Shown here: positions 44,226-57,600 of the stretch, piece by piece | Layout: each line of letters opens with the position of its first letter | Position numbering within the stretch: the stretch's first letter is position 1 | Assembly (NCBI GenBank): GCA_963575745.1 | Contig: CAUYUJ010000248.1 | Span: 1-64,000, forward strand | Direction of reading: 5' to 3' | DNA length: 64,000 nucleotides | From: Prorocentrum cordatum | Taxonomy: Eukaryota | Translations under genes and position numbers: made by a program | The notes under the pieces: model-generated | Databases searched by the model: none | Told to the model about the DNA's origin: nothing | The model's input: only the letters and a program-made list of their open reading frames with translations

Positions 44226-45030
44226 TAGATCTTCGTCGCCCCACAAGAGGATGCTCGCAGCACGCGAAGATCTGCTCGTGCTGAGCGTGGCCCCTCCTCC
44301 CCCCCAGACCCTTCCCCCCCCCCCCCACCGCCCCGCGTTCTCCCACGCGCCTCTCCCCTCTCGTGACCTCGATTGCGCCCCGCCGTCGCCCGCTGGAGGG
44401 GTACACGGGGCACTACTCGTGCATTGTTAGCCGGCGGCCATGAGGAGTCAAGCAGCGTGCGAGCGACGGCGGGATGCAACCGAGGCGAATTGGGGAATGG
44501 GGGACGGGGAGGCGCGCGCGGGGAGTGGGGGGGAGGGCCGGGGAAGGGCCTGGGAGGGAGCCACGCTCAGATCATGCAAGCCTTCGCGTGCGTGCCGAAG
44601 TGCAGCAGGTTGGAGTCGAAGCCCATGGGGTGGGCATGAGGGTGGGGCCAGGAATGCGCACTGCATGCACAGTCAAGACGCTGAAATTTGGACCACCTCG
44701 GGTTCACGAGGGGCTCTGGTTTCCGGGCCGTTCCGTCAAGCCATGTCGGGGAATCTGTGGCCGATGCTCGCCGTGGCCAGGAAAGCCGCTTCGTTCTTCA
44801 GCCAGCGCTTCTTATGACAGCGCGATGGCTGCAGCGTGAAAGCTTCGGCCATGACCGGTCCTGTGCCGCGGCGCACCTCCCAGAGTGGCGGCCGGTGCCT
44901 GGGTGGCCTTCCCAAGGGGAATTGAGGTGGAAGAGGAAACAGCCAGGTCACCCTCAGGGGCGCGAAGTCGATCGCGCTTCGCGCGTCGCGGCCAGCGCCG
45001 GAGAGCTGCCCTTCTCCAGGTTCGCTTCGC

Positions 45031-45423
45031 GAGGGCGCGAAGATAACCGCTCGTCGCGCATCGCGGGGCGCAATGCGCGAAATTTGGTGACCTAGAGTGC
45101 GGGGGGCGGAACGGGTGCGTATGGGCCAGGAGGGACATGGGCGTGGAAGAGAAACATGACCAGGTCGACGGAAGGCGGCGATGGCGGCAGGGTGGTGTCC
45201 CGAAGCTCCTGTCAAAGTCCACGACTTTGAGATCTAGGTCCCCCCAGAGGCGCGAAGACAATCGCGCTTCGGGCATCGCGGCTTGGGTTGGAGAGGCACC
45301 CGTCCCAGGGCAGCGGCGCGAGGGCGCGAAGATAACCGCTCGTCGCGCATCGCGGGGCGCAATGCGCGAAATTTGGTGACCTAGAATGCGGGGGGCGGAA
45401 CGGGTGCGTATGGGCCAGGAGGG
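45031..45423. repeat. ~100-bp direct duplication (45031-45135, 45321-45423), related copy near 47015-47135
   Basis: agggcgcgaagataaccgctcgtcgcgcatcgcggggcgcaatgcgcgaaatttggtgacctag occurs twice. Confidence 0.85.
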
Positions 45424-47403
45424 AAACGGGCTGAGCGTAGCCTATGAGTTGGAGACGCACAGCTGGACGAGTACGCTCCTCCTCCTCTTGCTCCTCCTCA
45501 TCCTCCTCCACCTCCTCCTCCTCCTACTCCTCTTCCTCCTCCTCCTCCTCCTCCACCTCCCCCTCCTCCTCCTCCTCCTCCTCCTCCTCCTCCTCCTACT
45601 ACTACTACTCCTCTCCGCGCTATGTCATGTGCCCAGTGCTGTGGCGTGCGGCCGATCTCCAAACTACGTTCCTCCCCCCTGAGTCTCCGTTGGTTCGACT
45701 TCGTTTGGGGCGTGAGTCTGACTACGAGGGAATGGAGAACGGACGTATGCGCGTACATCGTCGCAGTGTTTTCGCATATCGCATATCACATCTACCACAA
45801 GCTTCGGCCCCATCTCGGCATGCAAGCGTGTGCATCATCTACCAGGTTCATCAGGCTCGCGCGACAGCGCGTGCAGCCCTATCCACAGATCAACACGACC
45901 ACGCTCGCCGTGTTTACGTGCGATCTTCCTCCTCTCCGCGCGCGCACAGCTTCTGTCCAGGACGCCCCGCGTCATGAGCCCCGCTCAGCCCCCTTCTCCG
46001 TGGGTTGCGCGACTGGTACTGTGTCCCCCGCGGGGCCACCAGCGTGTTTCTTGCTGGCCAGCAGGGTCCCTGGAGGACTTCCAGGGGGTCAGCAGCGCCT
46101 TGCGGCACCACACCAGTCTACCACCGAGCTCGAGACCAGGAGTCCAGAACGGGGCTGCCGCTGCCCTACGCCTGCGCTCCGCCGCCAACTCCCGGCAGTC
46201 TGTGCTGCGCGGCGACGCAGAGGGAGCAAGGGGAACGACAAGCAGGCCGACGGCGGCGAACGCGCAGGAGTGAAGCCAGGGCCGGTGGGAAAGGGTAGGG
46301 CGGAGCGTCCGAGGAAGCCTCCACGGAAAGGGGCCCCCAGGGGGGGCTTGCTGGGGACTTCCATGGGACCTTCGCGGGAGCCTCCAAGCGCGGCGAGCTG
46401 CAGACCTCCGTGCGGAAGGCTCCAGCGGCCTCCAGGGGCCGTGGATCCCTGCGTGGGGTGTGTGGCTCTCGATGGGCACTTTGCGCGTGCATGGCCCTTC
46501 CAGGAAGAAGTGGCGGCACATACAGTGCATGATGACAGTGCCTTGCGCACTCGTGCGTGTGCATTTCGCGCCTGCACAGTGTTCCCCAGGGCGACGCGGA
46601 GACCTGTGCCTTGTGCACTGATCTGAATCTCCGCCATGCCTGTCACCCCGCACGGCGCGATGCGGACACATCGAGTCTGTCATCGCGTGCATTGAATTAT
46701 GCCGTGTGTACCGCGCGTGCGCGGCACTTCCCAGAGCATAATTGGGGCACGGACAATCATGCATGTTCCACATGAACGACCCTTTTGTCGGCAGCTCAGC
46801 AGGTCTCTGGTCCAAACACCGTCTGCCCCCAGAGCGTGCGGGCAGACTGCCATTGGGCGTCGGGCTGGGCCAAGGGGGGCAGCTGGTCGCCACAGAGAGG
46901 TGCGGACTGAAGATCTCTTGGGACGGTCTCCAGGAGAGGTCTACTGACTCTGGAGCTGGCAACTGCCAGGAGGAAAAATGAGATTCCCCACATCCAGATC
47001 GCCCGCGGGGGCCCAGAGATAACCGCGCTTCTCGCCTCGCGTCCCGGGCCGGAGAGCTGCCCTGTTCCAGGACGGTGGCGCCCCGAGGGGGCGAAGGTAA
47101 CCGCGTGTCGCGTACTGGGGATCGCGATGCGCGAAGTCAGATTGCCAATCGCATGCGCACCCACAGGTGACAGGTGTGTCTCTGCGCCCGCTTGCCTACA
47201 TTGACGCATGTTGTGCCGCGAGCGTGCAAATCTGCAAACGATTCGAAGGCAGGATCGTGATTTCGAGGAAGGGCCCACCAATCGGACACTTGATCGCACG
47301 GTGGTCTGCTGTCATACATAGACATTTGCGATCAATACTTTATTTGGGTTTCAGGCTGATGTTTCGTGGGCCAGTCTTGAAGAGCTCGTAGCTGCTGCTG
47401 CCC

Positions 47404-48699
47404 ATGGGGACCGGCGCGTCCTCAGTTGCTTTATTATGGCTTTTCTCTGCGCTGCGGGCTGGGCGTAGTGCGCCACTGGAGTCTCGTCAGGGGGATACAG
47501 TCTTGAGCCTCTCGGCGCACAATTTCGCGACAACTTTGCAAACAAATCACGCAGTGCTTGTGGCATTCTGTGCCCCTTTCTGTAGTCATTGCAACAACCT
47601 AAAACCAGAGCTGGAGAAGGCCAAAGGAGCACTCAACGGGCGCGTGTTGCTTGCAACTGTTGATGCGCATTCAGAAGTAGATTTAGCTCAGATGTTCGAT
47701 ATTGGCGCTTATCCAACTGTATATTTTTGGAGGGGTGGGCAACAATACCAATATGGTGGTGGTCGCCACAACAGCAGTATTGTGAAATGGCTATTGGAGC
47801 ACAGTGGACTGTCAGTGCTTGTCACAAATGAAGAGGGCCTGGCCACGGCGTTGCGGACTCGCCGGACAGCCACAATATTTGTGGCTCGTGGCCAGCAGCA
47901 TTTGCAGAATATTTTTCGCGAGGTAGCAATCGAGCACAATGAGATGGGCACGTTTTATTTTGTGGAGACTAGTGGAGACCCGGTTGTGCAAGTCTACCGG
48001 GGCGTAAATGAGGTAGTCGATCTCCGAGGAGAGGAGACAAAGATTTCAGCGGCCGTTCTGGGCTTCTTGCAGACAGAGCAGCTCCCACAGTGGGGCGAGA
48101 TCACACAGAGAAACTATGCGACGTATATGAAAAGTGGGTTCGAATATTTGTTGTGGGCATGCTTCGATCCAAGCACAGTGCAAGCAGATGCAAAGCATCT
48201 GTCAGAGATGTTTGTTAGGATCGCGGATCAAGCTAAGACAGCCCTTTTTGTGTATTTGGACACTGCCGCGCAAGGTGAATTTGCACGAGACGATCTTGGT
48301 TGTACCGATTATCCAACACTTTCTTTCCAGTTTTTGAACTCGACGCCGGGAAAAGACAAAAGGCATACATTACCGTTTTCGGTAGCAGACATTACAGAGC
48401 AAGCAATCAGCCTATGGATGCAACGCGTCATCAATGGAGAGACAAACGAGCAGGCGTTGCTACAAGGCGTTGGCAGAGAGTGCTTGGTGAGAGTGCACAA
48501 CGTTGGCCAGACGCTCACGAGCGAGACATGCGCAGAGTTGGTCTCGGGTCGAGCTGGCCAAGGTTGCGGAGTCACTTTCATGTTCAGCGCTGCCAGCACA
48601 CAGTCGGGCTGTTGGTGTTGCGCGCCTGGCGACGTGGGCAAGGCCAATCGGCTGTGGAGCCTCTACAAGATCTCGGGTCCCACGCCAGAGCGCATGTAG
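47404..48699 (+). CDS. Protein disulfide isomerase-like secreted protein (a-b-b' thioredoxin folds + Cys-rich C-terminal module), intronless, 431 aa
   Basis: Signal-like N-terminus; VLVAFCAPFCSHCNNLKPE, LATVDA, FDIGAYPTVYF, YGGGR; b'-like QLPQWGEITQRNYATY and FVYLD. Confidence 0.85.
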   Translation: MGTGASSVALLWLFSALRAGRSAPLESRQGDTVLSLSAHNFATTLQTNHAVLVAFCAPFCSHCNNLKPELEKAKGALNGRVLLATVDAHSEVDLAQMFDIGAYPTVYFWRGGQQYQYGGGRHNSSIVKWLLEHSGLSVLVTNEEGLATALRTRRTATIFVARGQQHLQNIFREVAIEHNEMGTFYFVETSGDPVVQVYRGVNEVVDLRGEETKISAAVLGFLQTEQLPQWGEITQRNYATYMKSGFEYLLWACFDPSTVQADAKHLSEMFVRIADQAKTALFVYLDTAAQGEFARDDLGCTDYPTLSFQFLNSTPGKDKRHTLPFSVADITEQAISLWMQRVINGETNEQALLQGVGRECLVRVHNVGQTLTSETCAELVSGRAGQGCGVTFMFSAASTQSGCWCCAPGDVGKANRLWSLYKISGPTPERM

Positions 48700-51600
48700 G
48701 TATCTGTATGGATCCCGATGCAGACCGTGCATGAAACTATATGCGACTTTGTTGCCAACAGTCCACACACCCCGTCCTTGTCCTCTCCCCGCACGCGCCA
48801 GCTTGTTCTCCACAATCCTTCAAATATCCGTATGGAGCGGCGATGCTCCCCGCTTGGCATCAAGACAAGTCTATACACGTCCGCGTGTACCGAGGAAGCT
48901 GGCGGCGCATCACCGACCGTTTCCTGGTAGTTGAGCGGAATTGAACGCAGCGCTGAAGTTCGTGACGCGTCGTGTGTTCGAGCCATCCCTGTCGCAGGCC
49001 TTCTGGGCGTTCCTGGGGTGCGTCTTAGGTGCGTCTTCTGGGTCTCGTGAGGGCTTCTCGGAGGCTCTTGAGGGCGCGCTGTGGGTCTGGGGGCCGTCTT
49101 ATCGCGAAGGTTCACCTAAATTCTTTCGAAGCGACTCGGTATAAGAGGAAGTCTGGGCGACTCTGGGGCGGTCTGGGGGCCCTCTTGGAGCGTCATTGGG
49201 CCGTATTGGGGCAGTCTTGGCGCTGTCTTGGGGCCGTCTTGGGGCCATCTTGGGACCACATTGGGGCCATCTCGGGGTGTCTTTGGGACATCGTGAGGCT
49301 CTCGGATGCGTTCCCGAAGTTACCTGACGCCGGGTAGCTTTGGAAGCAAACATCGTTGAAGGCTTTGCTGTTCTGTTGTATGCCCTTGGCCTCCCATGGC
49401 TCTGGGGAAGGCCTCCTTGGGCGCCTTTTGCGAGATTCTTCGATTTCCCTGGGGGAATCTTAGAGGCACATTGGGCTCTCTGGGACGTCGCTGGGCTGGC
49501 GTGGGTTGGGCCTCGGGCAGTTTGCAGCCGTCTTGGGGCAGTCTGGGGTCAGGCTTGAGGCCGTGTAGCCGCATGGGGGCGTTTGGAGGCGTGGTGGAGC
49601 CAGTGGGGACCGCTGGCAAAGTTGCGCCCCAGGCAGTAAAGTATAGACGCTTCGCGTAACCCCACCAGCAGGGTCACTTTGTCCCTGGCATGTGCACTCG
49701 CTTCAGCGGCCTACGTGCCTCTGCAGCCAATTATCTCGCTCTGTGCCCCAGGCGTGAATCCCGCTCCCTGGATCTGTCCTTAGAGCCGCGAACCAAAAAA
49801 GTAACCCCACCAGCCTGAGTGGCTGCCCGCGCGCTCGCTTCGCTTGCCTCTCTTTTCGTGCTGCCTAGTCGCGGCCCGACTAGTGTTCGGACGGCTTTCG
49901 ACCTGCTTCGCGAGCCCGCAAACCAAGAAGTAACCCCACCAGCTGGGCGCCGTTCGCTTCGTTATTTTTTCCTTTGCTTCGGCGCGGCCCGCCCTAGCTT
50001 GCTCGGCGTTCGACTCGTCTTCGCGCGCCCGCGTACCAAAAAGTAACCCCACCAGCCCATCCAGAAACGATGCCCAGGCGAGTTGCCCTAATCAGGGATG
50101 TGGATGAGCATGCAGTGGAGTAGCGGGCCGGGTAAGACGTCATACCCCAAGAGGGGGAGGATGGAGGAGGAATCGAAGGAGGGGGAGGGTGCGAGGGAGA
50201 AAAAATGGAAGAGGGAGGAGGAGGAGGAGGAGGAAAAGGCGGAGGGGGAGGAGGAGGGTGAGCAGAATGGCCAGAGGCTTTTTGGATGCCTCTCGGAGTC
50301 TCTTCGGATGCCTTTTGAAAGTTTCTTGGAGTCCTCTTGGGGCGTCTTGGGGGCCACTTGGCCCTCCTGGGGGCCTCTTGAGGCCTCCTGGGCGCCTCTT
50401 GGGGCCATCTTGGGAGCCTTGATGGCCATTGTGAGGCCGTATTGGAGGAGATCGATCAAAGAAGGGGGGGAAATTACATTCCCCCCACCCCAGGAGGCCA
50501 ACATGGGCCCCAAACCTTCGTACAGCGTTTGACTTCTCGCCGATGCCTTCTTGGACGCTCTAATGGGTCGCGGGGCGCCCCATCCAGGTCCAGTCTCGCT
50601 CACTCCCACCCGCCCTCCCAACACATACGTAACACCCGAGGGAGTTTCAGCATATTGCTTAGGAGCGCCACGCATGCCATAGGCGCCACGGCTTCCAAGT
50701 GCACGAGGCACCCTTGAGTTCTAAGCGAGCCAGGCGCGCCAGGTGCGGCACGTGCCCTACGTTTAAGCAATATGCCGGCACCCCCGCTGTCCATATTAAA
50801 TAAAAACCATGCAGAATTGGTGGTCACCGGGCGCCCAATTATGCTCCAGATGTGCAGGCAAAATGCAGTCTGCATTGTTTTCTGACAGGGATGGTTGGCC
50901 TGCGCGCAGCGAGCACTATGACGGCACTCCCTCCGTCCTTGTCAAAAACCAATGCTAAGTGGTCGCGGGGCGCCCGCGCATTCTCCAGATGTGGAGGCGA
51001 ATTGTATGCTGTATTGTTTTTACAGAGATGGTGGTGGGTGGGGCATGTCCCGGGTCGGTCCACAGTCGGGTTGGGGCGGGAGGTTTATAAATAAGGAGCA
51101 GTGGTCAAGGTACCCTCCTAGATGTCAGGCCGTCTAGCTCACTCCCACCCGCCTCCCAACACATAAGTAAGACCCGAGTGACAGCAGCCCGCTTAGGAAC
51201 ACAACACGAGCCATGTGCGCCACGGGTTCCTTGTGTGCACCAGGCACCCTGGAGGCCCAAGCGAGCTAGGTGCGGCGCGTGCTCCACGTGCGCCTACTGT
51301 GCCACGTACTCCAGCCGCGCCAAGTACGCTAGCTACGGGGAAGCATACAGCCCCCAGGCGCCTGGGACCCTAACCCCACGGAGTTCAGGATCTTCATCTT
51401 CAGTACCCTTGAAGCGAAGTGCCGAGCATTCTGTGAGAAGGGCGGCTCCTCCAGGGAGCGCAAAACATCGACACCGAATGACAAACTGTGACATATTCAG
51501 GAGTAGTGAAACAGATAAGAGATCAGAGAAGATGGCCCTGCGCATGCTCCAGATTTGGAGCCAAACTGTATGTTGTATTGTTTTTTGCAGGGATGGTTGG

Positions 51601-54600
51601 CCTGCGCGCAGCAAGCAATGTGCGGCACCCCCGCCGTCCCTGTCAACAATCAATGCAAAGTGGTCGCGGGGCGCCCGCGCATGCTCCAAATTTGGAGGCC
51701 AAGTTTATGTTGCATTGTTTTAGTAAGTGATGATTGGGGTAGGGTTTCATTGGTCCGGGTCCCGGGGTTGGCTGCGGGTCACCTCGGGGAGAGGGTGTTC
51801 ATGAATTGGGAACAGTTTTAAACCCTCCCCGAATGGGAAGAAGGGGGGTTGGACGAGGAAACGCTCTAAACCATTCACGCCCTAAAGGGCTGATGGGACT
51901 TCTGGATGCTTTGAACATCAAGGTTCGTTGCGTGATATCCGACTCCGAACCGAACCTCAGGGTCGGCTTTGGAGGTCGCCGCGGCCACACATCGGGGCAC
52001 AGTTTTTGTCAAGGAGTGGCATGCCCCTTCCCAGCTCCCCCCGCTCTGCGATGTAGACGTGGCTCAGCATTGGCAATCCTTGTGGAAGACGATCAACGGA
52101 GAGGAGGCGCATTGCCACAATACTTTCCGGATGTCTAGCACATGTTAAATAATATGTGTCTGATATGCCAAGGCATGCGTGTAATATGTTTCAAACATGT
52201 TTAATTCATGTAGAAGACATGTTCAGGACATGTTCAGTTCAAGGATCAAACGGTTAGGGTGTCCATTGTCAAGGCATCCGCAAGGCAATCTAGCGACAGA
52301 CAGTCGTCAGTTCGTGTCCAACATGGGCAGTCATCTTTTTTTTGGTTAGGGATCGACTATAACGCAACCAAAGGTGTTAGTTGGTGTTGGTTACGAACAT
52401 GTGTGCTGGTCACGCATCCCTACCAGCCCATTGCAGGCGTCGCTGGAAAGTCTCTTGGGAGAGCTGGTCGGTTGGAGTTCTCCTGTGGGCCCTGGGGGGG
52501 CGTCTGGGCGCCATCTTTGGGGGGAGGCCTCTTGAAGCCGTCTTAGAAGACATCGATTAAAATTGGAAGCCATCCTGGGCAGTCTAGATGGCTCTTGGGA
52601 CCATCTTGGAATATCTTGGAGCCCTCTTGAAAGTCACTTGGGGCCCTCTGAGAGGCCCTGGAGGCCCTCGTGGGGCCAACCTGCAGGACATCGATCAGAG
52701 AGGGGAGGGGGGTCTGAACTAGTAGTGCCTCTCCTGAGCCCCCCAAAGTCGTCTCTGAGAGCGTTCTTGTGGGACCCTTGGGTCACTCTTGGGCGCTGTT
52801 GGGGCCGTCTTGGAGCCCTCTTGGGCCCCTCCTGGGTCTGTTGGGCCATCTTGGAGCCATCTTGAGGCCTCGGAAGGCAATCGGAAGCGAAACGAGCGAG
52901 AAGGCCAGAGCCGTTGATTTCCCATAGGTTTGGAAAGGAATGAGCTTCTTGGGGTCGTCCTGAGGAACCCACAAGGCCACTTGAACCCGTCCTGGAGCGG
53001 TCTTGGGACCTCTGAGAGTATGCTGGAAGCCATCTTGATCGGTCTTGCGCTGTCTGGAGCCACCTTGGCGGCCATGTTGGGCCATCTGAGGCCCTTTCGG
53101 AGCCATCCTGGGCCATCTTTCGGCGCTCTAGCGCCTCGCGGGGAGCCCCGTCCTCGCCCAGGGAGATGGGCTAGGGGGAGAGGCAAACCTCGCCCCGAAG
53201 GGGGAGAAGGAGGTGGGAATAAGAAGCGCCCTAACTTAACCCACCTACGGCCTGGAACTTTGGCTCAGCGTGTCGCTCTGCAGGTTCTGGCCCACCACGC
53301 TTCGGCGCGACGCGTTATCCACGTCCTCATTCCCAAGCGTCAACTTCCCGAGCATTTCCCAGCATCTCGCCCCGCGGAGCAGAGCGACACGCTATCCGCT
53401 CGCAAGGCATAGCGTTTCTCTGGAGCCGCTGCCGCGACACGCCAAGCAAAAGTTCCCGACCGTACGCCCGAAAGGGCTGGTGAGACCAACCTCGCACGAC
53501 CCACATCGCAGGCGGGAGCGTCCACCAGATCCGAAGGGCTGTGCCCGCTGCCGCTGATGGCTATATTGGACAAGTCGGCATCTCTCAGGGCCTCTCGGGC
53601 CACCTTTCGGGCATGTTGGGCAAAACTGACCGTGTTGGACAGTCGCGGGGGCCCTGGAGGAAGTCTGGAAGCGACCTTGGGACATCCTAATGAGGGCAAC
53701 ACATGGGACTGGCAACCGCAGCGAGAAGGTATTCCATTGGTTTCCCGTGTGTTCTGCTGACTCGGGAGGCACACCGGGGCCCTCCAGGGCCATCTTGCAG
53801 TCATTCTGGGGCCACCTTCGGGCGCCTTGGACTCTCGAGGCCCTCCTCGGGGCATGTGTTGGGCTGCCTCCGAAGCGTCTTGGACTCTCCCGGCCGTCGC
53901 GTGGCGTCCCTGTGGGAATCCTGAGGTCACCCGGAGCAGCCAGGCTCGCACCTCCAGATGCTCTTGCTCGGGGAGTTGCCAAACACAAGACAGCCGTCCA
54001 GCATCAATTTTCGTACAGGCGAGGTTGATTCGTAGGTCAACCCGGCCAAACCAAGGGTACCCTGATGTCCTGTGTTTCGTGACCCGTGCCTTCTACACTC
54101 CTATGGCGATGTGGCCCTCGGAAGTGTCTTGTGTCCTCTCGCGTCTCCGATCAACCTTGACTGTAGCCTTGCGCCCCCGAGGGGAGGGGGCCAGGGGGTC
54201 TCAGGACAAGTGCATGCACGAGGCGTTCCAGAAATCGCCTCGCCTTTTGGCGCGTCCTCGCCACTCGCGGGAGGCCGGCGAGCGCTGGCGGAAGCAAAAT
54301 AGTGGTGGGTCCGCCTGCGGAGTCTGGCGGAAGGCGGCGGAAGTAACAGTGAGACATCAACATGTGTCGATCCAGGGGTCACCGAGCGCCTTCCACTGCT
54401 CGCACAGTGCCTCCTCGCAAACGTCCATAGAAGCAAATGTGCGCCTCGATGTAGCGGAGCCTCTCTGCCTCGACGCATTGGATCCAGGCCACTTGCGAGC
54501 AGCTATTCTGCGAGCCGTGGAACGCGCTCGTCCAAGAGGGTCGGATGTGGCCACGTGTGCCCGTGAGCATGTGTATGTGTGTGTGTGTGCGCGCACATGT

Positions 54601-54610
54601 GCGCATGATG

Positions 54611-54632
54611 GCCGCACCCTCCTCGGCTCGAG
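54611..54632 (+). other. Possible relict dinoflagellate spliced leader
   Basis: CCGCACCCTCCTCGGCTCGAG matches CCGTAGCCATTTTGGCTCAAG at 14/21 ungapped positions and ends 55 nt before the symplekin ATG. Confidence 0.45.
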
Positions 54633-54687
54633 ATGGCGTTGGTGCCCGGCCCCGTGCCGCGCGGGGCCGCGCGGTGGGGCAAACGCT

Positions 54688-57600
54688 ATGCAGCCGGCGC
54701 CTGCAGGGCAGCAGGACATCCACGCCAAGGCCGCCGAGCTGCTCCGGCGAGCCGCCGCCGAGCAGGACGTGGGGCAGCGCATCCGCCTGCTGCAGGAGGC
54801 ACAGGACGTGCTGCTGCGGCCCGAGGTTGAGCGGGACACGGTGGGCTCGTGCCTCGATTACTTCCTGAACCTCCAGGCGGACCCGCACGTGGCGCTGCGC
54901 CGCTACCTTGCGCACTTCCTCGATCGGTTGCTCTTCTGCCAGCCGGCTCTCGCGCTGCGGTGCATCGCGACGGTGGCGTCCCTGCTCGGGGACGCTGACG
55001 TGTGCGTGCAGGAGCTGGCGCTCAGGGCTGCCACGACCCTGCACGGGCGCGCGATGCTGCTCCTCTCGTCGGAGAACGAGGTGCTGCAGTTTCAGCGCTA
55101 CCACGAGCAGCTGCAGAAGCTCCAGGAGGCGATCATGGCTATGCTCCAGGGCGGCTGCCCCGGCAAGCCGCGGATCTTCCAGCTGGCCGCAAGCTGGGCC
55201 AAGGCCTCGATCCTGGTGCAGACGCCCAGCCCGCTGGCCCTGCGCGTGCGCGTGCCCCCCGACCTGCGCGGCGCCGCCTGCCTGGAGGACTTCCCGGAGA
55301 AGGCCCTGCAGCACCTCGACTTGGGCAGGGTCCAGCAGCAGGCCGACGAGCGCCTCGACGCCCTGTGCCGGCTCCTGGAGGCGCCGCCCCCCGAGCTCGG
55401 CGGGGCGTGGCCGCGCGGCCATGCCCGCTCGCTGCTCTCGGCCCTGGGGGCCGTGGCGAGGCAGCGCCCGGGCCGCCTCGGGCGGGTGCTGGGCGCGCTG
55501 TGCTGCTTCCTGCGCGAGGGCCAGGTGCCGCCCGAGGCGCAGGCCGCGCCGGCGGCGGGGAGCGGCCCGGCGGGCCGCGCGGGAGGCGGCGCGGAGCTGC
55601 GGGAGCTCGTCTGGGACGAGGTGTTGCGGCTGCTGGCGTCCAACCTCACCGCGGAGAGGCGGGCCGAGCTCGTCGAGGTGCTCCACAGCGCCGGCCTGGC
55701 GGGTCGCCTGGAGGACCTGGCGACCCAGGCAAAGTATAGGCAACTCTGCGCTGCCGCGGAGCGCTGGGGCACTCTGGGCAGCGAGCCGAAGCCCAAGCGG
55801 CGGCGGACGACCTTGGCCCACCGGCTGTGGACAGGTGCCAAGGCACAGGCGGGCCACGATGGCCCCGCGCGTGCGGACGAGGACGCTTTCGATGGCGACG
55901 CGCAGCTCTGCGGCGAGGCCGAGGGCGAGTGCCAGAGCTTCGAGGAATACTTCGGCCTCCCGAGCCAGCGGGAGCCCGCGGGCCACGTGGCGGCGCCCGC
56001 ACTGCTCGCGAGCCGAAACAGCAACGGCGCCAACCTGGCGCGCATCGCGCTCACCTCCCTGAGCTCGCTGTCCATGAAGCGCAGCCTCCTGCGGGACAGG
56101 GCGAACGAGCGCGTGATCGCATTCAGCGAGCCCGCGCTCAAGGGCGTAAAGTCAAAGAAGGAGGCCCAGTCGGAGGGGCGTTCCGCAGACCTGGCCCTCT
56201 TCATCGTTGGGGCACCAACCGAGGACGCCGATGGCACCAATGGTGCGAGCGAGGACTCCCGAGAGGCGCTGAAGATAAGAGCGGCAGCGCCACAGATGCT
56301 CCCACCTGGACCGCTTGGTACTGGGGGCAGTGGCGACGGTCCGCTACTGCCCCTGGAGGGGCCCGCCGTGCAATTGGCGAGCCAGGTGGCGGTTCGCGAA
56401 CAACTGCAGCTGCGCCTGTTTCGCGAGCTGCTCGAGTCGCAGCGGCGGATGCACAAGTCTCTACTGGCAGCCAGCATGACTGACGAGCAGCTAGAGAAGT
56501 TCCAGTTCGTCAGCCGCCAGGTTGCCCTCCACTTGGCTGCGGGCTCGCATGGGTCAGTCAGCTACGGGCTGCAGCGGCAGATGTGCCAGGCCTACATGCT
56601 GAACGCCTTCGAGGCCCTAAAGCTCGCCCTCGACCCGCAAACGGCCACGCCTGGTGCCGGCCCGGCGGTGCTTGGGACGCTCGTGGAGCTCTTCTTCGCC
56701 AAGTTCGCCGCAGACGTGGCGCGGTTCCAAGAGAACGCCGGACACACGAAGAGGGCCGCGGCCGAGGCTGCGGCAAAGACGCCGCTGCGGGACATCCTCG
56801 AGGGCCCAGGAGCGAGGGCGAAGGCGACCGGTGGCATTTTCACGTACGCCGAGCTCTTCGGCGTCTTCGTCGCCGAGTTCGAGCGCAACGAGTTGCCTCG
56901 GCGAGAGATGCGCACGTTCCTGAACGAGATCCCCGTCGTGCCGCTATCTGCGTTCCGACTGCTGGAGGCGCAGTGTCAGGTGGCTTCGACGAGAAAGATG
57001 GCTCTGCTGACGGTTCTGTCGCTGGTGGACAACAAGCCCTCTTGCCGGTGGCACTGCTTGCATTTGCTGTTCAGGCTAGCCTACTCTGGGGGCGACGACA
57101 GCAGCATCCGCTTCGACACGATCCGGCTCGTCATCAACAAGATCTACAACTCGGGCCCGCGGGCCCCGATGCGGTGGCAGCTGCCTCACCTCAGCGATGC
57201 GGAAGCAGCAGCAGCCGCGCTGCAGGGCGCTGGGGGCGGCGCCTCCTGGGAGCTGCCCGACGACGACTTCCTGCCTCTGGAGAAGCTCAAGGGCAGGTGC
57301 ATCGAGGATGTTGCAACGCTGATGCTTCGCTCCATGGCGCCGAGTGCGGCCAGGTTCGCCCTGCCGGTGAACGTGCCGCTGCGCGTCGAGCAGCTACGAG
57401 GCGACCTCTTCAAAGGCGCCGTGTGCGTTCCCAAGGACAGGGTGTGGCTGTATCTCGCCCTTTGCATCAAACGGCCTGTCCTGCTCCACGAGCTCGTCGA
57501 GACCTTCACGCTGTGCGACCCGGACATGAAGGAGCACCTCGTCAACTCCATCGAGGAGGCCATCAAGTACATCCCCGCCTCGGAGCAGGAGGTGCTCTCG

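Noticed and set aside
53255..53400. CTTTGGCTCAG as a relict SL, or a short minus-strand exon
   Set aside because: No convincing downstream ORF and no recognisable homology
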